Assembly: GCA_039798785.1 (NCBI GenBank) | Contig: JBDKFG010000046.1 | Coordinates: 1 to 37,623 of the forward strand | Reading direction: 5' to 3' | Source of the DNA: Verrucomicrobiota bacterium | Lineage (GTDB): Bacteria > Verrucomicrobiota > Lentisphaeria > Lentisphaerales > Lentisphaeraceae | Length of the DNA: 37,623 nt | Part shown: piece by piece, positions 27,426-37,623 of the stretch | Position numbering within the stretch: the first letter of the stretch is position 1 | How the letters are laid out: each line of letters begins with the position of its first letter | Program-made: the position numbers and the translations under genes | Notes under the pieces: generated by a model | Told to the model about the DNA's origin: nothing | What the model saw: the letters and a program-made list of their open reading frames with translations, nothing else | The model's database searches: none

Positions 27426-30400
27426 TTATTTCCGCTCTTCTTCTTCCTCTTCTTCTTCCTCTTCTTCTTCCTCTTCTTCTTCCTCTTCTTCCTGGGACTC
27501 ATCGATCTTCAAGCCCAAGGCGGCAAGACCCTTGCCGTGGGCTCCGGTGAATTCGACCGGGAAGGGCTTTTCGCCGTGGACCGTGGACCAGACCCAGCGT
27601 GAGAACATGAGGGCATCCTTGTCGATGCGGTCGGGCGCGGAGAAGTCGAGCTTCTCGGTCAAGGGAGCCAGTTCGGCATTGGTCTTTGAGGCGTGCACCT
27701 GGCCATTGAGCTCATCCAGGGGCACCTGTGCCGGCAGCAGGGTGTAGGGACGGAAGTCGGGCTGTTCGGTGAAGCACTCATCCATCAAGGGCGAAGCGGC
27801 GACGGTCTGGTTCATCGGCGGCATGCCGAGGATGCGGCAGATGGTGTGCAGCACCGAGGTCTGGTTGTAGAAGCGGCTGATCACCTGGCCGCCGCGCTTG
27901 ACGTAGGGGCCGGCGACGAGGCAGTAGGAGCGGTGGCCGTCGACATGGTCGGCGCCGGTCTGGGGGTCGTCTTCGTTGATGAAGACGACGCTGTCCTTCC
28001 AGAAGGAGCTTTTCGACAAGGCCTCGACGATGCGGCCTGTGGCCAGGTCGTTGTCGGCGACGAAGGCGCGCGGCGTCGGATTGTTGCGCGCGCCGTGCTC
28101 GGTGTGGTCGTTGGGAAGGTAGATGGTGATCAGCTCGGGCATCGTGCCGGCCTTTTCGTAGCCGGCGAGGGCGCGGAGGAAGACCTCGGCGCGGACCTGG
28201 TCGGGGATCTTCATGCCCCAGCCGGGGAAGTCAGGGTCGCTGTAGCGGCGGATCGCCTCGTGCTTGTAGCTGGCCTTGATCCTGCCTTGCCAGGTGCCGT
28301 CGCGCCAGGCCTGGTAGTTGTCCGACCAGGTGGCCTTGTCCGGCGCGACGCCGTCACCGAGTTCGCCGAAGTTGCGGAAGGAGAGGCCCTGGCGCAGGGC
28401 GTGGTCCCAGATGAAGCCGCAGCCGGCGAAGCAGAGGGGGTCGCGGCCGAAACTGTATTCGCCGCGGATGTTGCCCCAGTCCTTTTCGCGGTAGGGCGTG
28501 GTGAGGCCCTGCGTCGCCCACTGATGGCCGTCGCAGGAGAGAACGCCGTTGCAGTAGTAGTTGTCGAGGATGACGAAGGCCTCGGCGAGGGCATGGATGT
28601 TCGGCGTGCTCTGCCGGCCGAATTCGACCAGATTCGGGTCGCAGTTGCCGCGTCCGAGGTCGCCGAGCACCTGATCGAATTTCTTGTTCTCCTTGATGAT
28701 GTAGATCACATGCTTGATCGGCGAAGGTTCGCCGAGCCGCGCCGGCACCGGACGCAAGGGAGCTGCCGCGCCCGCCTCGCCGCGCGCCGAGGCGCGGAGG
28801 ATCTCGCTGAGGTGGAAGCTCTTCTCGGCAACCGCGGTCATTTCGGCGAGACGGGCCTGCTCGCGCGGCAGCACCACCTTCTGCAGATCGCCGCGGAAGC
28901 CGAGGACGTTGCCGATGAAGAGCTCGCCGCCCCTGATTCCGATGGCCCCAGGAAAGCCGCCGGCGGGAATGAAGGCGAAAGGCTTGGCCGGAACCGGAGC
29001 GGCGAGATCAATCATCGCCACCGCGTTGTTGCCGGCGTTGGCGGTGAACAGGGTCCGGCCGTCGCCGCTGACGGCGATGCCGTTGCTCAGACTGCCGAAG
29101 GGCAGCTCGTCGCCGGGCTTGGTGCTGAACTGCCGCAGGACCTTGCGCTGCGCCACGCCGATCTCGCTGACGCCGTCGCCGCTGGCGTCGAGGACGTAGA
29201 TCTTCGCGCCGTCGGGACTGAGCGCCATCGCCGCGGGGTGGATGCGGGTGACGATCTCGCCGGCGCTTTTACCGGCGGGGAGATCGATCACCGAGACGCT
29301 GCCGCGCAAGGCGATCGAGCGGCTGTCCACCGCCAGTTTGGAGCCGCCGCTCGCCTCGACCAGGTCCTTGCTGCCCGGCCGGCTGCCGCCGAAGTTGCTG
29401 ACGAAGAGCGATCTGCCATCGTTGCTGAGGACGACGCCGTAAGGGCAGACGCCGACCGGGAAGCGCCGCAGCACCCTGCCTTCGGCAAGATCGATCTCGG
29501 CGACGGCGTTGGCGATGCCCAGGGCGGCGTAGGCGAAGCGGCCGTCGGCGGAGATCGCGACCCCCATCGGGTCGCAGCCCTTGCGCTTGAGATAGGCGAG
29601 GTCGATGCCTGCCGCCGCCGCCTCTTCATCGGGGATCCTCAGGTCGATGTCCCGGCGCAGCACCAGGCCTCCTTGCGTATCGATCTCGCAATGAAGCAGG
29701 CCCGATTGCACGCTGACCAGCAGGCCCTGCTGGTCCGGACGTGCGGTGATGCCGTACATCGTGCCGCGCTGGGAATCCTTTTCGAGTTTGGCGCCGATGA
29801 CGACGAGACGGCCGTCGCGGAAGCCCAGAGAGCGTCCCTTGAAACACACCTCCTGCCCGAGCAGGCGGCGGAGGAGGGGCCCCTCCTCCTTGCCGTCCTT
29901 GCAGTAGATCCGGCAGGAGCCGAGCTGGAGGCAGAGATGCCCAGCGCCTTCGAACAGCGCCTCCACCTTGCCCTGCACCGCGATCCTGCCGGAGGCCAGG
30001 AGTTTTTGTCCCGCTGGGTCGAGCCCGCTCAGCTCGCTGCTGCGGCGGAAGCCCAGATCCGGCAGTTTGGCTTCCGGCACAGGCTCCGGCTGCCAGCCGT
30101 CCGCCGGCAGCGGTTGCACGGAAGAAGGCTTCTCCGCCGGCAGGGACAGGAAGCTGCGGCGGAGCCGTCCGGCCGCATCCCTGGTCAGCAGCAGCGTCGA
30201 CTGGTCGTATTGATGGAGGACCTTGAAGCTTGCGGCATCGATGACGGCCAGGCCGCGATCGGTCTTGGCGACGACGAACCTGCCGTCCCGAACAGTGCAC
30301 AGATCGAGCATGCGCCCGGAGAGATTGAGAGTCTGGCCGGCGGGCTGCACGAGATAGCCGATCTGGCTCAGGTTCGAGCCCCTGGCCCAGGCCGGCATCA

Positions 30401-30545
30401 GGCTCCAGTCGGCATCCTGGCGGATCTCGCCTTCGGTCACCGGTGCGCCTTTTTTCTCGTCGGGGTTTTCCACCGGGGCCTTCGAGTCCGCCAGGGAGCA
30501 GAGTGCCAGCATTAAGATCAGGGAGCTGCCAAGAAGCGCTTTCAT
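27426..30545 (-). CDS. Secreted YncE-like beta-propeller plus alkaline phosphatase/phosphoesterase-family protein
   Basis: Signal peptide; repeated 'P.G.A.S.DG' blades; IKHVIYIIKENKKFDQ, DNYY, LPNDHT, DNDLA, EDDPQ.G.DHVDGHR. Confidence 0.88.
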   Translation of the reverse strand: MKALLGSSLILMLALCSLADSKAPVENPDEKKGAPVTEGEIRQDADWSLMPAWARGSNLSQIGYLVQPAGQTLNLSGRMLDLCTVRDGRFVVAKTDRGLAVIDAASFKVLHQYDQSTLLLTRDAAGRLRRSFLSLPAEKPSSVQPLPADGWQPEPVPEAKLPDLGFRRSSELSGLDPAGQKLLASGRIAVQGKVEALFEGAGHLCLQLGSCRIYCKDGKEEGPLLRRLLGQEVCFKGRSLGFRDGRLVVIGAKLEKDSQRGTMYGITARPDQQGLLVSVQSGLLHCEIDTQGGLVLRRDIDLRIPDEEAAAAGIDLAYLKRKGCDPMGVAISADGRFAYAALGIANAVAEIDLAEGRVLRRFPVGVCPYGVVLSNDGRSLFVSNFGGSRPGSKDLVEASGGSKLAVDSRSIALRGSVSVIDLPAGKSAGEIVTRIHPAAMALSPDGAKIYVLDASGDGVSEIGVAQRKVLRQFSTKPGDELPFGSLSNGIAVSGDGRTLFTANAGNNAVAMIDLAAPVPAKPFAFIPAGGFPGAIGIRGGELFIGNVLGFRGDLQKVVLPREQARLAEMTAVAEKSFHLSEILRASARGEAGAAAPLRPVPARLGEPSPIKHVIYIIKENKKFDQVLGDLGRGNCDPNLVEFGRQSTPNIHALAEAFVILDNYYCNGVLSCDGHQWATQGLTTPYREKDWGNIRGEYSFGRDPLCFAGCGFIWDHALRQGLSFRNFGELGDGVAPDKATWSDNYQAWRDGTWQGRIKASYKHEAIRRYSDPDFPGWGMKIPDQVRAEVFLRALAGYEKAGTMPELITIYLPNDHTEHGARNNPTPRAFVADNDLATGRIVEALSKSSFWKDSVVFINEDDPQTGADHVDGHRSYCLVAGPYVKRGGQVISRFYNQTSVLHTICRILGMPPMNQTVAASPLMDECFTEQPDFRPYTLLPAQVPLDELNGQVHASKTNAELAPLTEKLDFSAPDRIDKDALMFSRWVWSTVHGEKPFPVEFTGAHGKGLAALGLKIDESQEEEEEEEEEEEEEEEEEEERK
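27435..27491. repeat. 12-bp tandem repeat (CTCTTCTTCTTC) x4.75 encoding 19 Glu
   Basis: Directly visible; forms the poly-E C-terminus of the phosphoesterase. Confidence 0.95.
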
Positions 30546-30694
30546 CGTTCATCTCCTTCAAATTCAAATTCGACTCATCGCAGGATGCAATGTCCGAGGC
30601 CGCCTTTTAAACAGATGCCGGAGAAGAATGTTTCCGCACTTGGCACCTGGAATAGGAATTATTTTAGGATACAACAAAAAAATCAATTCCAAGA

Positions 30695-31333
30695 TCAATC
30701 CATCTCAACCCATGAAATCCCGGGATTCTCCACATCTGCAGTCCCGAGACAGGCTCCATGCTTCGACAAGCGCATCCACAACAGGGTTCCAGGGCTGAGG
30801 GTCTCTCCGGCATGCCAGGCAGCTACCTGTTCTCTTTCGATATGTTTTTGCAGCTGCCGCCGGACTTCGATGCGGATGAGTCCGCCGTGACCACTTGAGC
30901 CATGGCCATGGATGATGCGCAACAGCCTGACTTCGTGAAAGCGGGCGCGCCCGAGAAGATCCTCGAGTCGCAGAAGTGCATCTTCGAGTCTGGGGTGTCC
31001 GTTTTCCAGATTGACATTGAGGATCCGAGGCCAAGCCGTCGCCACATTGAGGGGCTTGCCGCACACCAGACATTCGCGCAGGCCGAGATCGCCCTGGCCG
31101 CAACGACAGCACCGCTTTTCTCCTTTGCGTGGTGACGGCCGCAAGGGAATCTGCGCAAACCACCAGGGGCTTCCCCGGGGCGGAGGGACTTCTTGATCAG
31201 CATCCCGCCGCAAAGCCTGAAACTCCTTCACCAGCCCGAGCCGCGGGCCGGATTCAGGCAAGGGCGCCCCGCAACGTTCGCAGACCACCGCATCCAGGCG
31301 GCAGCGACAAGCGCACCGAGGACAAGTCTTCAC
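30695..31333 (-). CDS. Zinc-ribbon plus Smr-domain protein
   Basis: CPRC..CERC and CCRC..CLVC; Smr motifs VNLENG, RIIHGHGSSGHGG, NPG; GTG start overlaps the crcB stop (GTGA). Confidence 0.8.
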   Translation of the reverse strand: MKTCPRCACRCRLDAVVCERCGAPLPESGPRLGLVKEFQALRRDADQEVPPPRGSPWWFAQIPLRPSPRKGEKRCCRCGQGDLGLRECLVCGKPLNVATAWPRILNVNLENGHPRLEDALLRLEDLLGRARFHEVRLLRIIHGHGSSGHGGLIRIEVRRQLQKHIEREQVAAWHAGETLSPGTLLWMRLSKHGACLGTADVENPGISWVEMD

Positions 31334-31713
31334 GAGGCTCGCCAACCCTGAACGGTGAGAAAGCCCGCCCAGGTCAGGAGCAAGGAGCCGAGAAGATGTG
31401 TGGCGACCAGGACCGCAGCCGGACCCAAGCGCCCCCCCTGCAGATGCTCTGTGAGCTCAAGCGAGAATGTCGAAAAAGTCGTCAAGCCGCCGCAAAATCC
31501 AGTGACAAGAAGCAGTCGCCATTCAGGCGAAAGCTGCGGGCAGGCACAAAGCCAGGCGACGGTCAGTCCGGCAAAATAGGCGCCCAGGAGATTGGCGCTC
31601 AAGGTCCCCATCGGCAAAGATGGGAAGCGACGGTTCAAAGCCTCAGACAAGGCCCAACGCAGACAGGCGCCGACGGCGGCGCCAAGGGAAACCGCCAAGA
31701 TCTGCTTCCACAT
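31330..31713 (-). CDS. crcB: Fluoride channel Fluc/CrcB
   Basis: GAAVGACLR, GTLSANLLG, signature GFCGGLTTFSTF. Confidence 0.95.
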   Translation of the reverse strand: MWKQILAVSLGAAVGACLRWALSEALNRRFPSLPMGTLSANLLGAYFAGLTVAWLCACPQLSPEWRLLLVTGFCGGLTTFSTFSLELTEHLQGGRLGPAAVLVATHLLGSLLLTWAGFLTVQGWRAS

Positions 31714-31716
31714 GAC

Positions 31717-32145
31717 CTAATTCTTTATGAATTTTCGGTTTTCCGCTGCAATCGACCAAACTGAGCCATAGGTCGGTTTGCCACCGGCAGTCATCTTGAA
31801 GGGCAAAAAACAATCAACCGCAGTTCCATCCTGATGTTCAATCAGAACCTCAATTGCAGTCACTGCGCCTTCATTTTTGAAACGCACCACTTTTACTTGG
31901 CAGCCGACCGCAGTGCCACGGTATTTTCCTGCCGCGCAGGAAAGCGCCAATGTGGCATGCAATTCGGCAAGGAAATGCTCCGGATCGCCGCTCAGTTCCG
32001 CAGCCTTGAATTCACCGCTGACCTGGATCTCGCCATCCCGACCAAGGGAAATAGCGAAGGGATGGACGAAGCCTTGTTTTTCGAGCTCGTCACATCCCTT
32101 GCTGAGCGCGACGTCCAGGAGGATGTTGAGATCCTCGCTGTTCAT
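31717..32145 (-). CDS. Hypothetical protein
   Basis: Begins MNSEDLNILLD; fills the gap between co-oriented neighbours with 10-nt and 3-nt spacing. Confidence 0.75.
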   Translation of the reverse strand: MNSEDLNILLDVALSKGCDELEKQGFVHPFAISLGRDGEIQVSGEFKAAELSGDPEHFLAELHATLALSCAAGKYRGTAVGCQVKVVRFKNEGAVTAIEVLIEHQDGTAVDCFLPFKMTAGGKPTYGSVWSIAAENRKFIKN

Positions 32146-32155
32146 CGGGGGAAGA

Positions 32156-32410
32156 TCACTTCTTGGTCGCTTCGAGCTGCTTCTGCAGCTTGGCGATTTC
32201 CTTCTGAATCTTCTTGGCTTTTTTGCCTTCCACATCTTTCAGAGCGCCATCGATTGCGCGCTTGTGGCTTTCGATGTTCTTCAGTCCGGCATAGAAGTTT
32301 TTCAGCTGCACGCTGTTAAGCTTGCTCAAGCTTTCGCGGAGATTTTTAAGGTTCGCACGGCCAGCGCTTTTCTTGGCGCCATTTTCGCTCTTCACATTTT
32401 TTTCAGCCAT
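32156..32410 (-). CDS. Small Lys-rich coiled-coil protein
   Basis: 84 aa, GGGAG RBS, upstream promoter; first gene of a four-gene run. Confidence 0.8.
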   Translation of the reverse strand: MAEKNVKSENGAKKSAGRANLKNLRESLSKLNSVQLKNFYAGLKNIESHKRAIDGALKDVEGKKAKKIQKEIAKLQKQLEATKK

Positions 32411-32484
32411 GATTTTGCTCCCACCATTTTTATTTTTTTGAGGTTCCGAATTGCACTCATCGAGCTCTTCGCTCGGATCTAATT

Positions 32485-32513
32485 AGCTTATCCTTGAACT
32501 CTTGACAAGTCAA
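32485..32513 (-). promoter_or_regulatory. sigma70-type promoter for the basic protein-hypothetical-crcB-smr operon
   Basis: TTGACT-17 nt-TAAGCT on the minus strand; the -35 lies in the palindrome TTGAC-AA-GTCAA. Confidence 0.6.
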
Positions 32514-32610
32514 ATGACCAATCTTTTTTGAAGAATTCTCAGCATCTTGCAAAGACAAGATGCCGTCCTGCATTACTTTCCGAGCCGCTCACAGCCCACG
32601 GAAAAACAAA

Positions 32611-34428
<1,818 letters not shown>

Positions 34429-34449
34429 TCCTCTTCCTTGCCAAAAGCG

Positions 34450-34482
34450 AAAAAACCGCCCCCTTGTACAGGGGGCGGTTTT
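34450..34482. terminator. Bidirectional terminator between typA and pip
   Basis: AAAACCGCCCCCT-TGTAC-AGGGGGCGGTTTT. Confidence 0.85.
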
Positions 34483-34641
34483 ATTGGCCTATCAAAGTCG
34501 CCAGCTGCAAAGTCTCAGACATTCCCCTAAGTCGAAAACCACCCTTCGACCCATGGAATATAGGCTAAAGATGCTTCTGGCGTGCCGGGGTGCAGTGGAA
34601 TCCTCGACAATGGTCGACGCCAATTCCTTCCGGCATTCCGA

Positions 34642-35940
34642 TCAGCTCTCGCCGCGGAGCATGCTCCACAGGGTGTTCCAGCCGCGCTCGCCGCTGGTGC
34701 CGATGCCGCAGTGTTCGTACTCGTTGGTCACCCAGGCCCGCATGTTGGCGGTCGCCTTCACCGTCTCCAGCGAGAACTGGCGGTTGACGAACATGTCGTC
34801 GTGATAGACGGCGCAGACGGTCGGAACGGTGTTTTTCGCCAGTTGGGCGGAATCATAGAGTGCCGGCCAGTCCTCCTTGGCGGCGAGGATCTCGGCGGCG
34901 GCCTTCAACGGCTGCAGCTGCGCAAACTCGTCGAACATCCAGGGCCCGATCATCTCGCCGCAGAAGAGGAAGGGGCGGCGTCCGAAATCGTCGAACTGCG
35001 GATATTCCTGGCGCATCCGCTCCGCCGACCAGCGGCTGCTGAAGCCCTGGGTGTAGATCGATTCGTGCAAGATGGCGAAGATCGGGTTGCTGCCGAAGGC
35101 GAGGATGTTCTCCATCGCCCGCAGGAAGACGTAGCTCAGCTCGGGGCCAGCGGCGCCCTCGACCATCGCCTGCTCGAAGAGATAGTGCAGCGCCTCGGGA
35201 CCGCGGGTGAAGCCCAGCTCCATGCCGACGATCTGCACCCGGCGGGGCGACAGGATCTCGCCGCAGGGCAGCTTCACCGGCGCGCGCCGCACCAGCTCGA
35301 TCACCTTGGCGACCTGCTCCACATCCTGCGGATAGCGGGCGTAATAGGCCTCGGTCTTCTCCTGGCAGAAGACGTGGGTGGCGCGGTAGACATCGTCGAC
35401 ATGCCGGGTCACAGAGGGGACGCCGCCGAAGATCAGGCACTCCTTCAGCCCTTGCGGCGCCAAGGATAGGTAGCTCATGATGCAGAAGCCGCCGTAGCTC
35501 TGGCCGATGGCGCTCCACTTCTCCTCGGGACCCGCCAGGATCTTGCGGATCGCCTCGCTGTCGCGCACGATGTTGTCGGCGCGGAAGTGGCTCAGCCACT
35601 CGGCCTGTTCGGCCGGAGTCTTGAAGCGCGCCAAGGTCTGGGCGCTCGCCGGCGTCGACAGGCCGGTGCCTCGCTGGTCGAGCATGAAGATGCGGTGGCG
35701 CTCCAGCGCCTTGCCCATCCAGCCGCCCTTGCCGTAAGGACGGTTGCCGGCGAAGCCCGGGCCTCCCTGGAAGTAGATCATCCACGGCAGCTTGTCATTC
35801 TCCCGCCCGGCGGCGACGATCTCGCGGCCAAAGACGCTGATCTTGCGCCCCTCCGGGCGGCCGTAATCGAGCGGCAGCTCGAAGCGATGCTCACGAGTGA
35901 AGAGTCCGGGAAGGCGGTTTTCGGGGCCTGAACGATGCAT
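34642..35940 (-). CDS. pip: Proline iminopeptidase (S33 alpha/beta hydrolase)
   Basis: FQGGPG, LDQRGTGLS, FRADNIVRD, nucleophile GQSYGG, YHDDMFV, NEYEH. Confidence 0.88.
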   Translation of the reverse strand: MHRSGPENRLPGLFTREHRFELPLDYGRPEGRKISVFGREIVAAGRENDKLPWMIYFQGGPGFAGNRPYGKGGWMGKALERHRIFMLDQRGTGLSTPASAQTLARFKTPAEQAEWLSHFRADNIVRDSEAIRKILAGPEEKWSAIGQSYGGFCIMSYLSLAPQGLKECLIFGGVPSVTRHVDDVYRATHVFCQEKTEAYYARYPQDVEQVAKVIELVRRAPVKLPCGEILSPRRVQIVGMELGFTRGPEALHYLFEQAMVEGAAGPELSYVFLRAMENILAFGSNPIFAILHESIYTQGFSSRWSAERMRQEYPQFDDFGRRPFLFCGEMIGPWMFDEFAQLQPLKAAAEILAAKEDWPALYDSAQLAKNTVPTVCAVYHDDMFVNRQFSLETVKATANMRAWVTNEYEHCGIGTSGERGWNTLWSMLRGES

Positions 35941-36066
35941 GGGCGACCTCTCTGGGCTGAATGATTATGACAGGATCCTGCCTAAGCTTCTCTGCAGATC
36001 GAGTTCTGACGAGTCGCCCGACCCTGTCTCTTTTGACTGATCTGCCTTCAGTTTCAACGAAGAAGC

Positions 36067-36954
36067 TCAGTCGCGGGCTTCAAGACGGGCGATGCGGGCT
36101 TCGAGTGGCGGGTGGGTGGAGAGCAAGGCACCGAAGCCGGAGATCATGAAGGCATTGAGCTTGGGATCGCGACGGGGGTCACGAATGTCGCGATTCTGCT
36201 GGAGGCGGCGCAAGGCGGCGATCATCTTCTCCTTGCCGGCATATTCGGCGCCGCCGGCATCGGCCCGGAACTCCCGCCAGCGGGAGAACCAGGTGACCAG
36301 CATCATCCCGAGCAGGCCGAAGACAAATTCGAGCATCATCACGACAAGCGAATAGACCCAGGAGCGTCCGCCCTGGTCGCGCCTGCCGCGTGAACGGAGG
36401 GCGCTGTCGATCACCGCGGCAAGCAGACGGGCGAAGAACATGACGAAGGCATTGACCACGCCTTGAATCAAGGTCAGGGTCACCATGTCGCCATTGTTGA
36501 CATGGGCCAGTTCATGGCCGAGGACGCCATCGACCTCTTCCGCATTCATGTTCTCCAGAAGGCCGCTGGAAACCGCCACCAAGGCGCTGTCCCGGGAAGA
36601 TCCCGTGGCGAAAGCGTTGAGCTCGGGAGAATGGAAGATGCCGACCTCCGGCATGCTGCTCATGCCGGCGCGTCTCGCCAGGTTGTGGACCCGTCCGATC
36701 AAAGCTCTCTCGGTCGGATCGCTGGTCTGCGGCTGGATCGGCTCGATCCGGTACAGCCGCTTGGCGTTGGAACGCGACATCATCAGGGAGAGCAGGGAAC
36801 CACCCATGCCCCAGAACAGGCAGAAAACCAGCAGAGCCCAGACGCCATGGCCGAGACTCTGATCCAAGCCGGTCGCCCAGAAGAGAAGCGAAATGGTGAA
36901 AAGGATCACGGCGTTGACCAGCAGAAACAGGATCAGACGGAAGATGAAAGCCAT
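36067..36954 (-). CDS. htpX: Membrane zinc protease HtpX (M48)
   Basis: NAFATG, HELAHVNNGDMVTLTL, FSRWREFRAD, STHPPLEARI. Confidence 0.95.
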   Translation of the reverse strand: MAFIFRLILFLLVNAVILFTISLLFWATGLDQSLGHGVWALLVFCLFWGMGGSLLSLMMSRSNAKRLYRIEPIQPQTSDPTERALIGRVHNLARRAGMSSMPEVGIFHSPELNAFATGSSRDSALVAVSSGLLENMNAEEVDGVLGHELAHVNNGDMVTLTLIQGVVNAFVMFFARLLAAVIDSALRSRGRRDQGGRSWVYSLVVMMLEFVFGLLGMMLVTWFSRWREFRADAGGAEYAGKEKMIAALRRLQQNRDIRDPRRDPKLNAFMISGFGALLSTHPPLEARIARLEARD

Positions 36955-37014
36955 GAGGTATGAATCGGGGTTGAGGGTGGAAGGGCTGGGCGGACAATCT
37001 CGGGTGCGGTCGCG

Positions 37015-37404
37015 TCAATCCTCGCCACGGATCCTTCCTCGCCCCTTCTTGACATCGGAGCGGCGGGCCTTGGCGATGCTATTGCGTGCCTTCGAGGCCT
37101 TGGTCGGCTGGGTGGCGTGACGCTTCTTCGGTTTGTAGGTGATCTTGATCAGGGCTTCGCGCAGCTTGCGCAAGGCGTCGGCCCGGTTGTCGTGCTGTGA
37201 ACGGGACTCGCGCGCCACGATGGCGAGGCCGGAAGGCCGGTGGCGCAGCCGAACCGCTGAATCCGTGGTGTTGACATGCTGGCCCCCGGGGCCGCCTGCC
37301 CGGAAGCTTTCGAATTCGCACTCCGCCGCCAAGGCTTCGTCATCCTTGGGGAGTCGCCAGCCTTCCGGGAGAAGCGAGGCTGGGGGCATGTCATCTGGAT
37401 TCAT
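37015..37404 (-). CDS. ArfB/YaeJ-like peptidyl-tRNA hydrolase (RF-1 domain)
   Basis: GGPGGQHVNTTDSAVRLRH, RSQHDNR, basic tail KPKKRHATQPTKASK...RRSDVKKGR. Confidence 0.88.
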   Translation of the reverse strand: MNPDDMPPASLLPEGWRLPKDDEALAAECEFESFRAGGPGGQHVNTTDSAVRLRHRPSGLAIVARESRSQHDNRADALRKLREALIKITYKPKKRHATQPTKASKARNSIAKARRSDVKKGRGRIRGED

Positions 37405-37530
37405 GAGCGGGTATTCCTGGTTTCTCCGATCTTACATCCGCGCAGCGGAATTCAACGCCCTTGGGACAGAGAAGCGCCGGCTTGCCGAAATTTCGTTCCC
37501 GGCCAGAATCTTGCCGCAGATCGGATTAAA

Positions 37531-37623
37531 CCTCGATTCCGAAGCTGAAACTGTGAGTCAGTCTTCAATCTTGAATGTTAAATCTTTGATTTTGTGCGCG
37601 TTCTGTTGAATCTTGAATTTTGA
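37531..37623. mobile_element. Probable left end of another copy of the MITE family (runs off the edge)
   Basis: TTAAA followed by CCTCGATTCCGAAG; CTGTGAG shared with copy C; short TTGAAT repeats. Confidence 0.4.

Noticed and set aside
32411..32520. Fluoride riboswitch upstream of the crcB-containing operon
   Set aside because: No GGxGATGG.GTTC.CC...CTGATGAC-type consensus is visible upstream of crcB or of the operon's first gene

Overview
GC-rich bacterial chromosomal window, probably PVC superphylum (Lentisphaerae/Verrucomicrobia-like; inferred from gene content only). Left to right: a left-truncated RAYT-like Y1 HUH transposase that the ORF track misses; an ilvB-ilvN-ilvN operon with a sigma70 promoter and a Val/Leu-rich leader peptide; a small stand-alone integrase-arm-like protein; an Hsp70/DUF3731-type gene plus a DUF3634-like gene; a LysR-linked aminophosphonate catabolic operon (phnW, phnZ-like HD oxygenase, phnX, TIGR03364-type FAD oxidoreductase); miaB; a signalling cluster (CheX, degenerate CheX, PhnD-fold binding protein, sensor kinase, Rcp1-like receiver, hybrid kinase); Lnt-like, LacI and DUF1080 genes; hpf; a Ser/Thr kinase with a cNMP domain; a beta-propeller/phosphoesterase with a poly-Glu tail; a Zn-ribbon-Smr gene; crcB; two hypotheticals; typA; pip; htpX; an ArfB-like factor. 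The most notable non-coding signal is a dispersed MITE family. Its ends read CCTA[A/G]A..CCGCAG and it is flanked by 5-bp NT[A/G]AA direct repeats. Copies lie at 8104-8240 and 24085-24806 (with a perfect 106-bp copy nested inside), and probably from 37531 to the edge. Two of the copies sit exactly on stop codons.
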